In this document: one piece after another, positions 15,001 to 21,000 of the stretch | Numbering within the stretch: the first letter of the stretch is position 1 | Layout of the letters: every line of letters begins with the position of its first letter | Assembly: GCA_028712505.1 (NCBI GenBank) | Contig: JAQTQC010000005.1 | Span: forward strand, 7,051-71,050 | Source of the DNA: Candidatus Omnitrophota bacterium | Lineage (GTDB): Bacteria; Omnitrophota; Gorgyraeia; Gygaellales; Profunditerraquicolaceae | Length of the DNA stretch: 64,000 bases | Direction of reading: 5' to 3' | Translations under genes and position numbers: made by a program | Notes under the pieces: generated by a model | Told to the model about the DNA's origin: nothing | Seen by the model: only the letters and a program-made list of their open reading frames with translations | Databases searched by the model: none

Positions 15001-18000
15001 GATATCTGTTGATCAGGACTACTCAGGAACGCAGTGGAGCCTGTTCCATACAGCTAAGTGGAATAAGGAACCCTTCTTATGTGCAGACAACCGATAATTT
15101 CACAATCGCTACGCAATTAGCTACGCAGCAAAATATTGATACCGGAACTATCGGAGGTATTACTACTACGACCGGCTCTTTAACCGGACTTACGGTATCT
15201 ACGACTAATTCTAAGATTGCTGAATCAGCTGTCTATACTTTTAATTTTACAGCAGACCATGCTGTTGCAGTAGGGGGTAAGGTAGCTATAACCTTTGATG
15301 CTGATTATGACCTGACAGCGGTTACTTCTACCAGTGTTTCCGGTAATTCCGGTTCGACCGTATCGGTCAGCGGTCATGACCTGATAATTACCTTAGGCGA
15401 GCAGATCTTTGCTGCAGGTAACGTGTCTCTGGCTGTATCCAATATAGTTAATCCGGCATATGTCCAGACTTCGGATGCCTTTGTTATTAAGACCAAGAAT
15501 CCTGAAGACGGTTTAATCGATACTGGCAATGCATCCGGGGTGACGCTTGAACCTGGCGTATTGGGCAATGTAAACGTCAGTTCAAACGATTTGCAGGTTA
15601 ATGCCCAATCAATCTATACCTTTGTTTTTACTCCTGCGCATCCAATTCCTGCCAACGGGTATATTAAAATAGACTTGGATAATGACTATGATATAAGCGG
15701 GGCATATCTTTATCTGGTATCAGGCTATTCTTTTGAGAAAAATACGAGCGATGTGTATTTTACATTACAGGCAAATAGCGCTAAACCCGCAGGTACTCCT
15801 TTAACGATATCGATAGCCGGTATTATTAACCCGCCATACAGTCAGACCACGGATAGTTTTATGATTAATACCCAAGCAGCCAATCAAAGCGGTATTGATT
15901 CTGGCTTAGCCAACGGTGTGGAGATTACTGCCGGCCAGCTTTCAGGTGTTTCTGTGGTTTCTGCCGGAAATAACTATGTAGTTGGAAATCAGGTAAATTA
16001 CACTGTAGCCTTTACTACTGTTAATCCTATAGGAGTAGGAGGCCAGGTTAAAGTTACTTTTGACGCAGATTATGGTTTTGCTTTAAATGGCGCTGTATCG
16101 GGTAATGCGGGAGCTACAGCTGCGGTAAATGCGAACGTGGTTACTGTAACTTTAGGTACTGCGGTTGCGGCTAATCAGGCAGTCAGTTTGACCTTGGGCA
16201 CTTTTACTAACCCAGGATATGTGCAAAAAACAGATGAGTTTTTGATCAAGACATTTGATTCGGCGGGATACGCCCTGGATTCAGGCAAGACATTGGGCAA
16301 GGATATAACTACAGGCGCCCTTACCTCTTTAAGCGTAAATTCAAGTTCAGCCAGCGTGCTTAACGCAGATACAAAATTGACCTTTAGTTTTAATGCCCCG
16401 CATGTGATTCCGCTTGATGGTTTCATTAAAATTAACTTAGATAGTGATTATAGCGTGGTGTCGCCTTATATCAAGAGTTCCAGCGGAGCCAGCCTGACTT
16501 TGCTTACGGAGGCTGGAAGCCAGGCCGGATATCTTTTATTTAAACTAAATTCTGCGGCTTCCGGGGCAATAAGCGTGGAAGTCGGAGGTATTACCAATCC
16601 CTCTTATGAGCAGACTACCCAGAATTTTGTGATTACTACCATGTACACCGGAGAAGAAGGTATCGACACCGGTACTATTCCGGGCCTGGTAGTTAATTCC
16701 GGATCCTTGGTCATCAGTTCTGTGGCCTGTTTGGATAATTACGCCGGCGCCACCACGACATATACTGTTAATTTTGCCGCGGTTCATGCTATCGCGGTCA
16801 CGAGTAAGATCGAAATTGTTTTCGATAGTAATTATAATTTAGCCGGTGCCGAATTGAGCAGCCCATCCGGGAGTTTAACTGTTTCAGGAAGTACTTTGAG
16901 CATATCCTTAGAGGCAGAAGCAGCAGCTTCTTCCAATGTAAGTTTGAATATAGCCGGTATAGTCAATCCGGGTTATTCTCAGACAACTGATAACTTCAAG
17001 GTTACAATTAAGGATGTTGGTGGGAATACCGTAGATAAGGGTGAAGGTTCGGGTATTGCTATATTGCCGGCTAGGATAGAGTTTATCACTCCTGCTGCCG
17101 GAGATATTTATTCTGTCGGAGACAGCAAGATCATTAAATGGCAGGTGACCGGAGGTGATATCTCCCGGACCAGCAGCCATTGGTCAGTGCAGTTTGCCTC
17201 GGATACTAATTTCACTTCGCCGATAACCGTACATGAAGGCCTGGCAAGTGTTGATGCAAATAGTAACCTGTATTTTACGTTATCCGTGGATGTGAGTATG
17301 CTTTCAGAGAATGCTTATCTGCGGGTGACTTGTATCGATAATTCATATACGGATGTTACGACAACTTCCGGAAGATTCAGCATAAGGCCGGTTGCCGGGT
17401 TCATAGGCTATATTTCTCCGGCGTCTTCATCCGCGAAATGGGCTATTGGAAGCAGCAGTACGATAGAATGGTCTACGCAAGGGGCGACGAGCAATAATTT
17501 TAAGATTGAATATTTTGCCAAGAATATCTGGACAACTATTTATGAAGAAGGGGTTACTGGTTCAGCGCTGGTTATCAAGAGTGCCGGAGACCATTGGTAT
17601 GAGGATAAGTGGTCCTATAGTTGGGCCATACCTGAAGCAGCTAACTTGCCCGATACCGGCGTGCAGGTCAGGGTTACTAATATAGATAATAATATAATTA
17701 CCGGCACTACCGAGGCCTTCGAGATAGCTACTGCTTATATAGAAATCACCAGCCCGGCAGAAGGGTCTACTTGGGTAAGGAATGAAACTAATAATATCAC
17801 TTGGGAAGGGCAGGGTGAGTCGGGTACTAATTTCAGCATTCAGTATGTTGATTCAACCAATGCGGTTACCGTAGATATCTATAGCGGGACAATAGAAAGA
17901 ACGCTTTCCGAGGGTAAATGGCTGTACAGTTATTCCTGGTTGGTAGGCATAGACCTTGAACCTACGGACACGGCAGTAATAACGATAACTAACCTGGATA

Positions 18001-21000
18001 ACAACAAAATCGTTGATACTTCTTCTGTATTTAGCGTTAATGCCAGCGGTAAGCTGGAGATAACCGCTCCAGTAGAAGGCGGCAGATGGGTTGCCGGAGC
18101 CAGATATACGATAAAATGGAATTCCGAGGGACAGGCGCTCAGTTCATCTTCTTTAAGGATAACCTATACTGCGGATGGTATCAGCGAAACCTTGATCACC
18201 AACTCTACTTCCAATACCGGAAGCAAGGATTTTACCTGCCCATCGACTACGTTAAATAATGTAAAGATTCGTCTTCGTCAGATAAACGGGGATGTTACTG
18301 CTGAGTCCGGAGCTTTCAATATCGTGGCTGTTCCTTCTCTCCAGTTTGTCTCTCCGGCTGCCAACGACAACTGGGTTGCCTCATTCACCAAGGAGATAAA
18401 ATGGAGCGGAGTTGGGGAAGGGCTTACCAAGGACCTGGTGATCAAATACTCAACCGACGGCGGCTCAACCTACGCTAATACAATTTTTAACTATACCACC
18501 GATTCTTTTGATGAAAAGATTTCAGCCGTAACTACAGGTACAGTTACCAATTATACATTATCATGGGTTGTGCCAGTTAATTACAGCAGCAATGTGAAGA
18601 TAAAGATCGAAGATATGGGGATAATGCGTCTAGTTAGCGGAAGTTATACTCCTTTAAGTCTGGTCAGCGGTAAATTCTCCATAACTGCCCCTCTGGCGAC
18701 TATTGTCCAGCCAGCAGGAGGAGAAGAGTGGATATCCGGTACCGAGCATGATATCATCTGGTCGGAAACAGGTTCTTTGGGTAAAGATATCAAGATAAGT
18801 TATTCTGTTGACGGTGGCGCAACCTACCCTTATGTTATTTTCCAGAATTCTTCCGGCGATTCCACGGTGTATGCTAATTATATAACTGTTGCGGATAATT
18901 TATTCAGCTATAAATGGGTGGTTCCGAATACTATTTCCGCCCAATGCCGTATCAAGGTAGAGGGTCTGTCAAATAGCGGAAACGGAACTTCCCTGGCTAA
19001 TTTCTCGATCAAGCTGCCATCTATTACGATAACGTCTCCTGTAGCTACAGATTTGTGGGCAATCTATGATAGCTCTCGGATAATCACTTGGAATACCGTT
19101 GGTAATGTCAGCGAGCATTTAAAGATAGAATATTTCAAAGATGAATCTACTTCCAAGGTCATATTGGAGGATACTAATGGTCCGATGACTTCTTATAGCT
19201 GGGATGTAACCGAGGATTTCATAGATTATGTTTCGCCAAGCGGCTGGATAAAGATTACGGATTTAAATTCTGAGTCTACCTTTGCTCAGAAGGTTACTGC
19301 TGTATCGGAGCAGTTTGAATTGTCTCTGCCAGGATTTGATATCGATGTCCCGGCGGTTCCCTTGATCACGGGAAGTTCTTATACTATAACCTGGCAGGGT
19401 GTTGGTGCTTATTCTGCTTGCAGCAGCGAATCGGGTAATACTGTACGTTTAGAGTATGGCGTCGGGGATAATCCTACCTGGGTTACTATTGCCACATCTA
19501 CGCAGAATGATGGTTCATATGAAAACTGGACGGTACCCGACAGGCATTCCAGCGATGTCAAATTCAGGATCACGAATAACAGGTATTCCTTTATTTCTAC
19601 TGTCTCCAGCGCCTTCAAGATCATGGGGTCATTCTCGGTTACCAGCCCAGCTGCCGCAACCAAGCTTTTTGTGGGCAAGGAACAGATGATCGAATGGAGC
19701 ACTAACGGTACGATTAATAAAGTAAATCTTTATTATTCGAAGAATGGCGGCTCAACCTGGACTACCCTGGCTTCTAACACTACTAATAACGGATTCTATG
19801 TCTGGATAATACCCGACGCGGTACTCATCGACCGTTCGCCTAATCCGAACATCTATTTCAAGATAGAAGACGCTACCGATGCAGCAGTTTATGCCAGCAG
19901 GCAGCTTACGATAAGTTATTATAAGGTTACTTGGAATGTTATCGATGCCGATGGCTTGGTAGGTGATTTGGACGGCTTAAGCGTAAATACCCTTGATGTT
20001 AGCAATGATAACGCGGTATGGGAAGATAGGACAGGTTTGAGCTGTTCTGCTTCCATCCGGAACGCTGGTATTGATGCCGATGATATAGTGCTCTATTATT
20101 ACCCCGGCCATCTTTATCAGACTACCTGGTCAAGAGACGCTTATCTGGATGCTACTGTCCAGCCTTCGCCGTGGACAGCAGATGCCGACGGTAAAGAATT
20201 TACCGTAACCTTGGCTACTATGCTGGTGACGAAAACAAGGACTGTGTATTCTTCTGTGACATATGATGCTTCGGCAGATACCTTAAGTATACAGTGTTGG
20301 CTGCAGGAAGAGGAAAAGTTATTGACTGAGATAGCCGGGTTGCAGGGGGCACTGGTAATTATTTATGATGATGAGGATAACGAGATTAAGACTTTTGAAT
20401 ACACGGCTGCGCAAGCAGATGCCAGCGGTGTCTTCTGGACAAAATGGGTTAATCCCGGCTTGCAAAGAAATAAGTCTTATTTTGCCCGTTTTAGGATCCA
20501 GTTCGAAGGAGCATTCCATTACGGCGGTAAGACATTTGAGATAAGTTCAGCTTCACAGATCGACGATATTGCCGAATCGGTAAGTGCCGGAGTCGTTGCT
20601 ATCACATCGGCAATTGCCGAAAGCTCTCAGGAGATAAAAGAAAAAATAGAAGAGACAGCAACCGAGACGCAAACTAAGGTGGCTCAGGCTGTCAGTACAG
20701 CTCAGGCATCGATAGAGGGCACGGTTACGGTTATCGGTGAGGAAAATAAGGCTGCGATCGGTAGCGCTTCAGCGGCGATAAGAGAAAAAGTCGGGAAAGA
20801 ATCCTCCAGCCGTATATTAAACGGAGAGGCTTTTATTAAATCAGGGAATAAATTAAAGATTCGCTATCAGACTGATTCCAAGTTAGCTCCGGAAATAGAT
20901 GTATATGATCCTAAAAATATTCAGCGTATAACTAAAGGCGTAATGACAGAGGTTGGAGATACGGGTGTTTATGAATATGAGGTCAATTTCTTGAGTGGCT

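Noticed and set aside
19456-19689. + strand 77-aa ORF in an alternative frame within the giant gene
   Set aside because: Out-of-frame overlap with the giant ORF. Arg/Ser/Pro-rich junk translation.
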